Shown: positions 1 to 9,494 of the stretch, one piece after another
Layout of the letters: each line of letters begins with the position of its first letter
Numbering within the stretch: the stretch's first letter is position 1
Source: a virus
DNA: 47,390 nt
Virus genome (UHGV): UHGV-1361924
Strand: one strand, 5' to 3'
Translations under genes and position numbers: made by a program
Notes under the pieces: model-generated
Told to the model about the DNA's origin: nothing
Databases searched by the model: none
What the model saw: the letters and a program-made list of their open reading frames with translations, nothing else

Positions 1-3
1 CCA

Positions 4-621
4 ATGATTAATCAGGGTAGCGAGTTTGCGATGATGGCCCGCATGGCGCTGGCCGCAATGGAAAGCGAGGCAGACTGCAAGGAGAGAAAACTATTCTGTT
101 CAACCGATACAGCCAGGATGAGAAAGGTAATCTCTGCCTCTGCTGGGACCGAGGATGCGCCGCTCTATCGCCACGCGCAGCCAGCGTCGGAACGTGACCA
201 GGTACGCAGTGCGCATGCCGAGTGGTCACAGGCTACCTTTGGCAATGTCGGACCGGTTGGCCCGCTGAAGCACCTCAGCAAAGAAGCACTGGAAGCCGCT
301 GAACAGCCCGGAGACCTGTCAGAATGGGCTGATATGCAGTTCCTGCTGTGGGACGCTCAGCGCCGGGCTGGCATCACTGATGATCAGATTACCCAGGCGA
401 TGATCGATAAGCTGGCGGCAAACAAACAACGCGAATGGCCGGAGCCGAAAGACGGTGAACCGCGGTTGCACATCAAAGAGCAGCCGGCGCCGGTAGTGCC
501 GGAGGAAAAACCAATTCCAAATACACTGAGCATGTACGCCGTGGATGCAGTAGCAGCCATCGCTGAGGTGAAGGGCTGGAACGCCTGCCGCGCCGCCATG
601 CTCAACGGAGGTAAGTCATGA
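4..621 (+). CDS. MazG-like (all-alpha NTP pyrophosphohydrolase-like) protein; N-terminus probably continues from ORF at 47340..47390 if the genome is circular
   Basis: 205-aa ORF; motif SEWADMQFLLWDAQRRAGI resembles MazG/DUF550-type helices; no upstream RBS in window; frame continuous with last ORF of window. Confidence 0.4.
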   Translation: MINQGSEFAMMARMALAAMESEADCKERKLFCSTDTARMRKVISASAGTEDAPLYRHAQPASERDQVRSAHAEWSQATFGNVGPVGPLKHLSKEALEAAEQPGDLSEWADMQFLLWDAQRRAGITDDQITQAMIDKLAANKQREWPEPKDGEPRLHIKEQPAPVVPEEKPIPNTLSMYAVDAVAAIAEVKGWNACRAAMLNGGKS

Positions 622-713
622 AACCATACATCGCACGCCGCCTAATCGCCATGGCGCTGGCAATCTTCTGGCTCTCAGCAGGAGGTGCAATTGCATATTA
701 CTTCTGTTCCTGA
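618..713 (+). CDS. small hydrophobic protein (31 aa)
   Basis: ATGA start/stop overlap with upstream gene; predicted TM segment MALAIFWLSAGGAIAYYF. Confidence 0.3.
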   Translation: MKPYIARRLIAMALAIFWLSAGGAIAYYFCS

Positions 714-900
714 GCTGATTAAGCAGTACGGCACCATGAAGAATGTGCATGAGGCAACTGGCTTTGCGGAGTGTTCAATCTACCGGTATCGCTTTGATAC
801 AGGCATGAAAGACCACATTATTATAAATGGCAGGCTGTTTACGGCCCGTAAAACATCGAAGGTGGCAAATGTTGTGGTCAGACATTCATGCGGTGTGTGA
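685..900 (+). CDS. hypothetical protein (possible HTH); start uncertain (alt ATG 736)
   Basis: ORF track; protein-like composition. Confidence 0.3.
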   Translation: MQLHITSVPELIKQYGTMKNVHEATGFAECSIYRYRFDTGMKDHIIINGRLFTARKTSKVANVVVRHSCGV

Positions 901-1026
901 AGAGGCTGATTTCCTGTATGAGGAAACCGGCAGGCATCACTCCGTCATTCAGGTTGGCAGCATGATGATGGTTATTGAGCACCATCTGTCATTGCAGTAC
1001 ATGTACTCAACGGTGAGGTATCAGTA
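868..1026 (+). CDS. hypothetical small protein (52 aa)
   Basis: RBS AAGGTGG 7 nt upstream of ATG 868; TAATG coupling to next ORF. Confidence 0.4.
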
Positions 1027-1191
1027 ATGCCGCAGAAAACGAAACAGGAGATATGGCAGGCGGCCAAAGATGAGAAAGTCGACCACTTCATTGCCGCCAT
1101 TGCGAAGGCGTTTCCTGATGCGATTGAAGTGGTGCATGTGAAATCAGACAATCAGAATGTTTGGTGTTATGTGAATAGTGATGTAAAATAA
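1027..1191 (+). CDS. hypothetical small protein (54 aa)
   Basis: TAATG overlap with upstream ORF; followed by strong terminator. Confidence 0.4.
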   Translation: MPQKTKQEIWQAAKDEKVDHFIAAIAKAFPDAIEVVHVKSDNQNVWCYVNSDVK

Positions 1192-1218
1192 ACCCATCAC
1201 ATCACCCACCACCCTTTT

Positions 1219-1247
1219 AACCCGCTTCGGCGGGTTCTTTTTTATCT
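1219..1247 (+). terminator. rho-independent terminator
   Basis: hairpin aacccgc-ttcg-gcgggtt followed by cttttttat. Confidence 0.7.
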
Positions 1248-1301
1248 ACGCCATTGTGGTAAGATATGTCCTATGTGAGTTACTCAAAGGACACATAGAA
1301 T

Positions 1302-1736
1302 ATGGCGAACCCAAACCCAAAACATAAGTTTTCTTCTGATAATCAGCCGCCTCCCAGAGGAAAAAGCTACAGGACTGTGCTTTTAGAAGCATTACGTGCT
1401 GCAAACAATCCAATGAATGAGATTGAGTTCGTCACCTATTACATTAATCAGGCAATGAAAGACGGCGATGCTGGCATGCTGCGGGAAATATTCCTGCGCC
1501 TTAATCCAATTCCGAAACCAGTCGCTCCTCCGATTGAGTTCGACTTCCCGGCAGATGGCACTCCTGTCGAGAAGATGGACGCAATTATTAAAGGCGTTTC
1601 CACTGGAGCCGTGCCTGCTGATATCGGCAAGATGATGGCTGACATCATTAAGTCTGGCCTGGATATTCAGGAAGTCACCGAGCTTGCTGCACGACTTGAG
1701 AGGCTTGAGAAGTTGCTGGAGGAAAAGAATGCTTAA
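1302..1736 (+). CDS. putative terminase small subunit
   Basis: 144-aa ORF immediately upstream of large terminase; C-terminal coiled coil; position-based. Confidence 0.5.
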   Translation: MANPNPKHKFSSDNQPPPRGKSYRTVLLEALRAANNPMNEIEFVTYYINQAMKDGDAGMLREIFLRLNPIPKPVAPPIEFDFPADGTPVEKMDAIIKGVSTGAVPADIGKMMADIIKSGLDIQEVTELAARLERLEKLLEEKNA

Positions 1737-1884
1737 ATTCACTCTATCAATAATGGCATGCGCAATGCTGATGTTTATATTTTGCGGAATATCCAGCAGC
1801 AGCGCCTTTGTTATATGGGGAAATATGTTTACATTTCTCTCATTTATAATCACACTCCTGGGCACCAGAAAGCATGGCTCGTAA
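1729..1884 (+). CDS. small hydrophobic ORF between terminase genes (51 aa)
   Basis: two predicted TM segments; overlaps both neighbours; uncertain. Confidence 0.2.
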   Translation: MLKFTLSIMACAMLMFIFCGISSSSAFVIWGNMFTFLSFIITLLGTRKHGS

Positions 1885-3304
1885 ACGCCTCTCTGCACTG
1901 GCAATCGAAAAGCTGGAGGCGCAGGTGGATGATGCACTGACCGATGTTGCTGAGTCGGCCATCTTCGGCATCTGCGATATGCAGAAGAATGTCATTAAGC
2001 GCCTCAGAATGACCGCTAATGGTGTGGAGGATGTTACCAATGCAACAACGCAGGCTGACCACTTAATCCCCGCAAAACTTGAAAGGCTGCTTTATCCGAA
2101 GAGAAACAAGATAGCTTTCGGTGGCAGGGGATCGTCGAAGACCAGAACGGTAACGACCATACTCACCGAGAGAGCCAGGTTCCGCCCTGAGCGCATAGCC
2201 TGCTTCCGTGAGATTCAGCAGTCTATTGAGGACAGCTCATATCAGGAACTAAAGGACGAGATTGACCGCAAGGGAGAGACAAAAGAGTTTCGCGTAATCA
2301 ATAACGAGATAACCCACAAAGGCACTAAGGCAAAATTCCGATTTAAGGGGTTGTATCGCAACCAGACGACTGTTAAGGGCTTCGCAGGCATTACCGTGGC
2401 CTGGGTGGAGGAGGCTGAAAACGTCAGCCAGACAAGCTGGGAGATACTCACACCAACCGTCCGCGCGGAAGGGTCAGAGATATGGGTGACATTCAACCCG
2501 AATAAGGAGCATGACCCAACGTGGAAAATCTGGGTGGAGCCTTTTTATAATAAATTGCGCGAGAATGGCGGGATTTACGAGGACGAAGAAAACCTGATCA
2601 TCGAGTGTAATTACTCAGACAATCCGTGGTTCTGGGATACACCACTGCCCAGCCAAATGCAGCGCATGAAGGAGACCGACTTCGACCGATACCAATGGGT
2701 ATGGGGAGGACGTTTTAATAAGCGAAATGATGAACAGGTCTTTGGAGGTAAGTGGCGCGTTGCTGATTTTGAGGTTAAACCTGAATGGCATGGGCCTTAC
2801 TTTGGCATTGACTTTGGTTTCTCGCAAGATGCCACGGCGATGGTAGAGGTCTATCTTGAGATTCTTCCAGGTGACAGGAGAAACGTTTACATTAACCGAG
2901 AGTACGGAAAGGTAGGCCTTGAGATTACCGACACCCCAACGGAAATGGAGCAATCATTCCCGCTCGCCAGGAAGGCAAGATGGTATGGCGACTGCTCGAG
3001 ACCAGAAACCATTAGCCATATCAAGCGATCTGGTTTCGATATTCATCCATGCAACAAATGGCCCGGTAGCGTTGAGGATGGCGTGACATGGCTTAGAGGT
3101 TGTGATTCGATTGTCATCCACGACAGGTGCAAGCAGACTCAGGAAGAGTTTTCAATGTACAGCTATAAAGTAGACAAGCTGACTGGTAATGTTCTGACAG
3201 ATATAGTTGACGCATGGAACCATTTCATAGATTCGATCAGGTATGCATGCAACGACCACATCGTACAGCGTGGCTCTGGATGGATTAGAAGGAGCAGGAG
3301 ATAA
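1874..3304 (+). CDS. terminase large subunit
   Basis: 476 aa; Walker A-like GGRGSSKT near N-terminus; C-terminal nuclease-like region; canonical position before portal. Confidence 0.9.
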   Translation: MARKRLSALAIEKLEAQVDDALTDVAESAIFGICDMQKNVIKRLRMTANGVEDVTNATTQADHLIPAKLERLLYPKRNKIAFGGRGSSKTRTVTTILTERARFRPERIACFREIQQSIEDSSYQELKDEIDRKGETKEFRVINNEITHKGTKAKFRFKGLYRNQTTVKGFAGITVAWVEEAENVSQTSWEILTPTVRAEGSEIWVTFNPNKEHDPTWKIWVEPFYNKLRENGGIYEDEENLIIECNYSDNPWFWDTPLPSQMQRMKETDFDRYQWVWGGRFNKRNDEQVFGGKWRVADFEVKPEWHGPYFGIDFGFSQDATAMVEVYLEILPGDRRNVYINREYGKVGLEITDTPTEMEQSFPLARKARWYGDCSRPETISHIKRSGFDIHPCNKWPGSVEDGVTWLRGCDSIVIHDRCKQTQEEFSMYSYKVDKLTGNVLTDIVDAWNHFIDSIRYACNDHIVQRGSGWIRRSRR

Positions 3305-3307
3305 GAT

Positions 3308-3345
3308 AAAGCCCTCTAGCGAGGGCTTTCTGTTTAATTTTTGCG
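3308..3345. terminator. bidirectional rho-independent terminator
   Basis: hairpin aaagccctc-tagc-gagggcttt between convergent genes, T-run downstream. Confidence 0.65.
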
Positions 3346-3624
3346 CAGAAGCGTGGATACCGTTTCTTGTGAGGGGTGTCGGTAGTTAACCAGTTGCTCC
3401 GGCATACTCATAAATTTATTGTTTTTATCTTTGACCGTGACAAAACAGGAGTGAACACCAAATGCGCCAGTGTTGATTGTTTCGTCGTATTCGTGGAGAA
3501 GTTCTGCCATTTTTTCCTGCCACTCTTTCGGCATCTGCATCATAGCCACGCGGGGCATAACAACAAACGCTGCATAAGATAAACCGAACCACCCATGCAG
3601 GTCTTTTCGATAGTCATCTTTCAT
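3334..3624 (-). CDS. hypothetical protein
   Basis: 96-aa ORF, minus strand, downstream of minus-oriented promoter motif. Confidence 0.5.
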   Translation of the reverse strand: MKDDYRKDLHGWFGLSYAAFVVMPRVAMMQMPKEWQEKMAELLHEYDETINTGAFGVHSCFVTVKDKNNKFMSMPEQLVNYRHPSQETVSTLLRKN

Positions 3625-3670
3625 CGCCTTTACCTTTTATGATTAAGTCGCCAATCGACTTAGTGAATTT

Positions 3671-3700
3671 AATCTACATCAACAACGAATCCACGTCAAC
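3671..3700 (-). promoter_or_regulatory. sigma70-like promoter TTGACG-16-TAGATT (minus orientation) built from two copies of AATCTACRTCA motif
   Basis: plus strand aatctacatcaa...ccacgtcaac; revcomp gives TTGACG then TAGATT. Confidence 0.5.
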
Positions 3701-3712
3701 ATTTACAATAAA

Positions 3713-4003
3713 TTATTTATAAAGCCAACAATGAATCCCCGCATTGCGCATGGCGGCATAAATCACATCATCAGACACGACCGCCATTGCCACCCTGTCA
3801 GCTTCAATCTGCTGGTGCGAGGCCATGATGTCATCATAGAAAATATCGTTAGCATGCAGCCATTCATACGCATTCTTTGCCCTCATAATCAGCACATCAT
3901 GCCCGGCAGAATAGAGCGACTTAGCTAGCGCAACGTTGCCAGCGATAGCATTTCCTTCCGAATCGCGCAGCACGCCATCAAGCTCGAAAATGACACATTT
4001 CAT
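3713..4003 (-). CDS. hypothetical protein (N-terminal MKCVIFELDGVL resembles HAD-like motif)
   Basis: 96-aa ORF. Confidence 0.5.
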   Translation of the reverse strand: MKCVIFELDGVLRDSEGNAIAGNVALAKSLYSAGHDVLIMRAKNAYEWLHANDIFYDDIMASHQQIEADRVAMAVVSDDVIYAAMRNAGIHCWLYK

Positions 4004-4028
4004 AAGATTTCTCCGAGAGGTTTCATTT

Positions 4029-4070
4029 TAATCTACGCCATGCTAGAATCTACGTCAAGGCGCATTGACA
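4029..4070. promoter_or_regulatory. divergent promoter region with two tandem AATCTACGYCA motifs (minus: TTGACG-17-TAGATT) and plus-strand TTGACA
   Basis: taatctacgcca / gaatctacgtcaa / ttgaca at 4065..4070; conserved leader ctacatcaccgggg before ATG 4092. Confidence 0.5.
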
Positions 4071-4091
4071 TAACTACATCACCGGGGCATC

Positions 4092-4331
4092 ATGAAGGCA
4101 TACTCATCTTTTTCGTGGGAGCAGAAGGAAAAAATATACTCACTCGCAAGAGCTGGTGTATCAGATGCAGCTCTGTGCGAAAGGTACGATGTGGATGAGG
4201 CTATTCTTCTGCGCATGTATGATGAAGTGTTGTGTGAGTTGCAGCGGCGCCGTGGTTATAGTGGTCTGAAGACGATTAACGATTTCTTTCGGAATGTTGA
4301 GTTAAATAACGATGAGGGTAGTGATTTATGA
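4092..4331 (+). CDS. hypothetical protein
   Basis: 79-aa ORF downstream of promoter region. Confidence 0.5.
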   Translation: MKAYSSFSWEQKEKIYSLARAGVSDAALCERYDVDEAILLRMYDEVLCELQRRRGYSGLKTINDFFRNVELNNDEGSDL

Positions 4332-4493
4332 TTATTGAAGGTGAAATTTTTGAGGATATCTCAACTACAGAGATTAATCCGCAATCGATGAACATCAATC
4401 AAAATGGTGATGCAATCGTCATCGACAAACACCAGGCCGAGCAGCTTATCGAAGCCCTGCAACGCTGGGTTAATGGCGAGGAGATTGAGTGAT
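4328..4493 (+). CDS. hypothetical small acidic protein (54 aa)
   Basis: ATGA coupling to upstream ORF; GTGATG coupling to downstream ORF. Confidence 0.35.
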
Positions 4494-4713
4494 GAAGGCT
4501 GCCAAAACAATCCTGTTCTGCATCATCAACCCGCACCTGATTGTGATGCTAATCTGCGGCGCCATTCTTATCGGCGCAAGAAAGTCGCTTTATTATCTTT
4601 CCGATAAGCTGGATGATGCGGCACGTTACGTGCAGAATATTGACTATAAACTCGGTGCGAAGTCGTACCCAGCATGGTTCAGATCGCTGGTTGATGATGA
4701 GGTGAATAAATGA
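4489..4713 (+). CDS. small membrane protein
   Basis: 74 aa, TM segment ILFCIINPHLIVMLICGAILIG. Confidence 0.45.
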   Translation: MMKAAKTILFCIINPHLIVMLICGAILIGARKSLYYLSDKLDDAARYVQNIDYKLGAKSYPAWFRSLVDDEVNK

Positions 4714-4919
4714 AGAGATTCCTTTTGGCGTGGGCCTTGCTATTTACGGTATTCATGGCGTGCCTCGCACTAGCATTTCCTGTCGCGTGGTTCATAAAAT
4801 GGCAGCCACCGATGCTGAGCGATATCATGAATATCGGTGTACTGCGCATCTCGGTATTTATGCTGGTTGCGTCTATGGTTGGCGCATTGTTCTTGGTAAG
4901 GTCGAGGAGTAGCGGCTAA
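4710..4919 (+). CDS. small membrane protein
   Basis: 69 aa, two hydrophobic segments; ATGA coupling. Confidence 0.45.
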   Translation: MKRFLLAWALLFTVFMACLALAFPVAWFIKWQPPMLSDIMNIGVLRISVFMLVASMVGALFLVRSRSSG

Positions 4920-5020
4920 AAGATTTATAATAAATTGCGGATAGGAAGGCCATCCGACAAGTGTGTTAGTCAGCGCATTTCCGCAATCCTCTACTGACTC
5001 CTGATGACAAGGTATAAATC

Positions 5021-5503
5021 ATGAATTGGAATGAAATATTTTCTTACTCCGATGGAAATCTTATATGGGAGAGGGTTAACAGGAATAGATATAATAAGCC
5101 TGGCGATATTGCTGGCAGGCTAAACCCGACAAACGGTTACTTGTATGTAAAAGTAAACCAGGAGGTGAGATCGGTTCATAACATCATATGGGAGATGCAC
5201 AACGGGAAGGTACCTGACGATATGGAAATTGACCACATAAACCACATTAGAACAGATAACCGCATTGAAAATTTAAGGATTGTTTCTCATCAGCAAAACG
5301 CTATGAACAGGAGCAAAACATTAAGGAATACATCGGGCGTTGTTGGCGTATCTTGGTGCAAGATGAAAGGGAAATGGTATGCGCACATAAAGAAAGATGG
5401 AGTAATGCATAACCTTGGGAGATACACCAATTTTGAGGATGCTGTTCTGGCAAGAGCGTCTGCCGAAAAGAGGCTTGGCTTCCATGAGAACCACGGCTCT
5501 TGA
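5021..5503 (+). CDS. HNH homing endonuclease (HNH_3 with AP2-like DNA-binding domain)
   Basis: motifs DHINHIRTDNRIENLR, HQQN, and GVSW..GKWYAHI (AP2-like); free-standing between terminase and portal. Confidence 0.8.
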   Translation: MNWNEIFSYSDGNLIWERVNRNRYNKPGDIAGRLNPTNGYLYVKVNQEVRSVHNIIWEMHNGKVPDDMEIDHINHIRTDNRIENLRIVSHQQNAMNRSKTLRNTSGVVGVSWCKMKGKWYAHIKKDGVMHNLGRYTNFEDAVLARASAEKRLGFHENHGS

Positions 5504-5514
5504 TGATATAATGA

Positions 5515-5540
5515 CCCTTACAGAAATGTGAGGGTTTTTT
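5515..5540 (+). terminator. rho-independent terminator with GAAA tetraloop abutting portal start codon
   Basis: cccttaca-gaaa-tgtgaggg then tttttt immediately before ATG 5541. Confidence 0.55.
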
Positions 5541-6995
5541 ATGAGCGATAAAATCGCAGCACTGAATGCATACATTCAGCAAAGAGTAGCAAACAATAGC
5601 CGGGTTATGGAACGCCAGAGGCGTGAGTTTGGCGGTGTAAACATAGACCAAAAGCACACCAGACTGTATGTCGAATGTGGCTACCCTGAAGAAATCACCG
5701 CCGAGATGTTCCGCTATGCCTATGAGCGCTATGCACCGGCAACAGCTGGCGTCAATCGCGTGCTCGATAAGTGCTGGCAGACTCCGCCGCAAATCCTTCA
5801 GGAAGGCGCCGATGATAAAGCAAGCACCCCATGGGAGAAAGCTGCCAATAAGCTGTTTAAGCGCGCCGCGCCGTTCATCAAGGATGCTGACCGCCGCAAC
5901 CTCATCAACCGATACTCCGGCCTTATCCTGCAAATCCGAGACGGAAAGCAGTGGAATGAGCCGGTAGACACCACGAAAACAAAACGCATCAAGGATGCTG
6001 CCATTGTCCGCTACATTCCGGCATGGGAAGAGCAACTAACCGTCAGCGATTGGGAGAATGACGAAGCCAGCGAGGACTATGGGCAGCCGAAGATGTACCT
6101 GTATCAGGAGTCGGTAATAGGCGCCTGCAATAACGACGGCAAACCAACGCGCTCCCTGAGCATCCATCCCGATCGCATTATCGTATTTGCCGAGGGTGCG
6201 ATGGATGGCTCCATTTACTCTGGTGTCCCACTTCTTCGTGCCGGGTATAACCACCTCATCGACATGGCGAAAGTCACCGGCTCAAGTGCCGAGGGCTTTC
6301 TGAAAAATGCAAGCCGACAGCTCAACGTTAATTATAATAAAGACAACGTTTCCGCTCAGTCGCTGGCACAGCAAATGGGCGTGCAGCTGGAGGAGCTGGC
6401 AGATGTGCTCAATGAGGATGTGGCGCGTCTGAATGAGGCAATTGACGCGGCGATGTTCACGATGGGTGCAGATGTCAAAGTACTCTCAGTGACACCAGCT
6501 GACCCAGGGCCGACATGGACTATTGCAGCGAACCAGTTTGCGGCGTCCATCAAGAAGCCATTCACCATCCTGTTTGGTCAGCAGACTGGTCGCCTTGCGT
6601 CCGATGAGGACAAAACCGATGACGCTATGAGCGCCAAACAGCGCCGTGAGGATTGGCTGGATTACATCATCTCGGTATTTATCGACCGGATGATTTCCTT
6701 TGGCATTCTGGATAAAGCGCCGGAAAGTGGTTATTACTGCAAATGGGACGACCTGCTTGCACCTTCCGAGCTGAACAAGGCAGACCTGCTGGTTAAACTT
6801 GCCACTGCAAATAAATCCGTGTTCGATGCGGGCCAGATGGCCCTGATTACCGCAGATGAGATGCGCGGCATTGTTGGTATGGAGCCTCTGGAAGAGCAGC
6901 TTCCTGACGGATTACAGGAGGGTCAGCAGCAGCAAGACCAGCAACCGCAGCAAGACCAACAGCAGGGCCAGAGCGATGCGCCTCCTCAAAATTAA
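5541..6995 (+). CDS. portal protein
   Basis: 484 aa, position after terminase, Q/D-rich C-terminus typical of portals. Confidence 0.75.
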   Translation: MSDKIAALNAYIQQRVANNSRVMERQRREFGGVNIDQKHTRLYVECGYPEEITAEMFRYAYERYAPATAGVNRVLDKCWQTPPQILQEGADDKASTPWEKAANKLFKRAAPFIKDADRRNLINRYSGLILQIRDGKQWNEPVDTTKTKRIKDAAIVRYIPAWEEQLTVSDWENDEASEDYGQPKMYLYQESVIGACNNDGKPTRSLSIHPDRIIVFAEGAMDGSIYSGVPLLRAGYNHLIDMAKVTGSSAEGFLKNASRQLNVNYNKDNVSAQSLAQQMGVQLEELADVLNEDVARLNEAIDAAMFTMGADVKVLSVTPADPGPTWTIAANQFAASIKKPFTILFGQQTGRLASDEDKTDDAMSAKQRREDWLDYIISVFIDRMISFGILDKAPESGYYCKWDDLLAPSELNKADLLVKLATANKSVFDAGQMALITADEMRGIVGMEPLEEQLPDGLQEGQQQQDQQPQQDQQQGQSDAPPQN

Positions 6996-7920
6996 TGCCC
7001 GGCTTCCGCAGCCAAAATTAAGCATGAGCCTGACAGACCCACTCGGCGCAGTGGGTCGCGTCAATAAGATGGTGCGCGATGTTGACGCCAGATATGTGAC
7101 GCTAAAATCGCAGTTTGCCGGGCTGTTCCGCACGATTCCTGTGGCGACCAGCAACGCGGAGGCTGGAAATTATTATTATGATTTCTCCGCCTACCGCGCA
7201 TCGACATTCTTTGATGAGCTTCAGCGCATCCTTGATGGTCAGTTGCTGGAGGGTGACGATTTCACACACGGAAGATTGTGGGCATCATCCTATGTCAGCG
7301 ACGCCATGTATGCTGGTACGCAGAAGGCCAATTCAGACCTTGGCGACCTGTCTTCGGCATACAAAGACAGCAGGCCACTTGCTGAAATCCTGTACTCTCA
7401 GCCGTATCTCGACCGACTTCAGCTTGCGTACACGCGCACTTATAACGATTGGGGCGGCCTCTCTGATTACACTCGGCAGCAGGTGGCGGAAGTCATCACT
7501 GCTGGCATTGCAAATGGCGAAGCTCCGGGCGTGGTTGAGCAAAATATCGTTAATCGCATGGACGTATCAAGGAGCTATGCGCGATCAATTGCTCAAACTG
7601 AAATCACCAACACCCTGCGCGAAGCCAACAGGCGCGAAGTGAAAGAGGCACAAGTCACGCTGGGTATGGATACCATCATGCTCTGGCAGTCGGCGCTAAT
7701 GAAAACCACTCGCGTTACTCATGCTGCGCGTCATGGGAAATATTACACCCCGGAAGAGATTGATGAGTTCTACAGCGAAGGAGCAAACCGCCGTAACTGT
7801 CACTGCGCACAGACTCCAGCGCTGGTGATGGATGGCAAGCCGGTGATACTTGAGAAGACACAGGAGAAGCTGGATAAGCAGCGCGAAGCATGGCAGGATA
7901 CGCACAAGAAAGCCGCCTGA
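6976..7920 (+). CDS. head morphogenesis protein (Mu F-like / SPP1 gp7-like minor head protein); start 6976 or 7024
   Basis: follows portal; motif [15 protein letters not shown]; ORF-track 5' extension overlaps portal and is rejected. Confidence 0.65.
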   Translation: MRLLKINARLPQPKLSMSLTDPLGAVGRVNKMVRDVDARYVTLKSQFAGLFRTIPVATSNAEAGNYYYDFSAYRASTFFDELQRILDGQLLEGDDFTHGRLWASSYVSDAMYAGTQKANSDLGDLSSAYKDSRPLAEILYSQPYLDRLQLAYTRTYNDWGGLSDYTRQQVAEVITAGIANGEAPGVVEQNIVNRMDVSRSYARSIAQTEITNTLREANRREVKEAQVTLGMDTIMLWQSALMKTTRVTHAARHGKYYTPEEIDEFYSEGANRRNCHCAQTPALVMDGKPVILEKTQEKLDKQREAWQDTHKKAA

Positions 7921-7933
7921 TGGCGGCTTCTGT

Positions 7934-8125
7934 TTATCTTTTTCTTATAGCTGATTTTAAAATGCAGTAAGGCCATGCAAGGCTTGAAAGGAACATGATA
8001 ATAAAAACCAATAGCGCGCGATATAATCCATCAATTGATTTGATTAAATCTCTTACACTCATGTAAAGACCAGGAAAATCAATCACGCAGCCAATGAAAA
8101 CATACAGCAAAACCAAATAAATCAT
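7934..8125 (-). CDS. small membrane protein
   Basis: 63 aa, hydrophobic. Confidence 0.3.
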   Translation of the reverse strand: MIYLVLLYVFIGCVIDFPGLYMSVRDLIKSIDGLYRALLVFIIMFLSSLAWPYCILKSAIRKR

Positions 8126-8231
8126 ATCAATCCTCCAGCTTCATGCCCGGCACTTTTCCAGCGGCAACGAGGTCGTAAATTTCCTCGGCGACAGCCTGGC
8201 ACCATCCTGTTAACATAATTGTTTTCACCGC

Positions 8232-8978
8232 CTATTCGCGCTTCTTGTCCGCTTCTGAGCGGATAGGGCGGAATATGACGTCTCCAATGTTGTAGGAATC
8301 CTCTCTACCGCTTTCTTTCAACTTAATGACAACAAGTTGATTGCTTGTGAAAAGTATTTTGCATCGCTGCCATTCATCACAAGCCCATGAGCGCTCACAC
8401 TCACAACCAACAGGCGGTAATCCTTCGCCATTCCAAATCTGCGCAGCATCCTGACCGATGCACTCATTCAGGTCGGCTACATCATCTACTTTGTCCTGTG
8501 CTGCTTCCTGCGTATTGTGCAGGCGGTAGGCGATGATGTCGTGAGAGTTGCCATGATGCCGCCATCTAATTGCGTTACGCCTTGATGAGTACAGATCATG
8601 GCTTATTTTTGCTGGAATACCATCGTCAATTCTTCCATCTCGCCATTTGACGTCAACCAGAGTTCCTGTCGGCACCGGGCACTCACCACCACCCCAATCA
8701 ATCCATCCGTCATTTTTGGCAGCCAGCGCGGCTTCGTACTGTTCGCGGGTGATGATGGCTGTTTCGTAGTCACTTGCCAAAACATCAGCGGTGAAACAAT
8801 CAACTCTAGAACCATTAAGAAACCACCGATTAAAACTAGCATCAAATCTAGCAACGCTTGACTGGCATGTTGCCGGCATGATTTCTCTGTCGCGGTCCTG
8901 CGTGATGCAATTTGCGCGCTCCGGCCATGACCATCCGTTTTTAATAGTTTCTTCAACCAAAATATCAATCAGCTTCAT
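8232..8978 (-). CDS. hypothetical protein (248 aa), Cys/Trp-rich, function unknown
   Basis: long minus-strand ORF in accessory island. Confidence 0.55.
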   Translation of the reverse strand: MKLIDILVEETIKNGWSWPERANCITQDRDREIMPATCQSSVARFDASFNRWFLNGSRVDCFTADVLASDYETAIITREQYEAALAAKNDGWIDWGGGECPVPTGTLVDVKWRDGRIDDGIPAKISHDLYSSRRNAIRWRHHGNSHDIIAYRLHNTQEAAQDKVDDVADLNECIGQDAAQIWNGEGLPPVGCECERSWACDEWQRCKILFTSNQLVVIKLKESGREDSYNIGDVIFRPIRSEADKKRE

Positions 8979-9091
8979 TTCTTCTCTCCGTTATAAATGC
9001 TTTTCAGTTCACCCATCACATTCAGCCATGCTGCATGCTCATCCATGCCGCGCATCACCAGCTTAACGTAGCGATTGCGGGCCTTAAACAT
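8975..9091 (-). CDS. small ORF (38 aa) translationally coupled to 8232..8978
   Basis: ATGA overlap. Confidence 0.25.
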   Translation of the reverse strand: MFKARNRYVKLVMRGMDEHAAWLNVMGELKSIYNGEKK

Positions 9092-9105
9092 CAGGCGCTG
9101 GCACA

Positions 9106-9396
9106 TTACTTATTACCGAAGGTTGAGATGCAGACATCGCGCGCAATGGCAAACATTTCTTTCGGCGTTTTGTTTGTCATTTGGTATGCGGCATCAACGG
9201 TTGTTTTGTTGATTTCGTTGGCCTCTGCGCTCGCCTTGCTGCTAACCGACACCGCCAGCGCAACCTGCTTCGGTACGCCTGCATCACGTGCTTCTGCTGC
9301 TGTCTGGCCGAGTTTGCCCATTGCATCGCAAAGTTCGCCAGCTGATGCACCAAATGAAGCCATTGCGAATACTGCCACCACGATAAATTTTTTCAT
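9106..9396 (-). CDS. small secreted protein with signal peptide (cleavage after ASA)
   Basis: MKKFIVVAVFAMASFGASA-GE; 96 aa. Confidence 0.55.
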   Translation of the reverse strand: MKKFIVVAVFAMASFGASAGELCDAMGKLGQTAAEARDAGVPKQVALAVSVSSKASAEANEINKTTVDAAYQMTNKTPKEMFAIARDVCISTFGNK

Positions 9397-9439
9397 CTTG
9401 AATCCCCTGTTTTTGTGTAACTACATCATCGCCTACGAT

Positions 9440-9470
9440 TCAATCTACGTCAATAGGATTATGATAAAAT
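9440..9470. promoter_or_regulatory. promoter/operator: TCAATCTACGTCAATA + extended -10 TGATAAAAT (plus) ; TTGACG -35 on minus
   Basis: 30-bp block nearly identical to 21050..21079; conserved leader ctgcatcaccggagg before ATG 9495. Confidence 0.55.
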
Positions 9471-9494
9471 AATCTGCATCACCGGAGGTAACAA

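Noticed and set aside
1265-1301. Hairpin (ctatgtg…cacatag) overlapping the small-terminase RBS as a possible translational control element
   Set aside because: The stem is only 7 bp with a 14-nt loop, so predicted stability is weak and there is no supporting conservation.
1392-1937. 181-codon minus-strand ORF antisense to the small-terminase gene
   Set aside because: It overlaps two coupled plus-strand genes in an operon that is otherwise strictly plus-strand. It has no RBS and is likely a frame artefact.
6856-6975. ORF-track 5' extension of the head morphogenesis gene, overlapping the portal by 140 nt
   Set aside because: The extension is in a different frame from the portal and has no RBS. 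Internal ATGs at 6976 and 7024 give a conventional small overlap.
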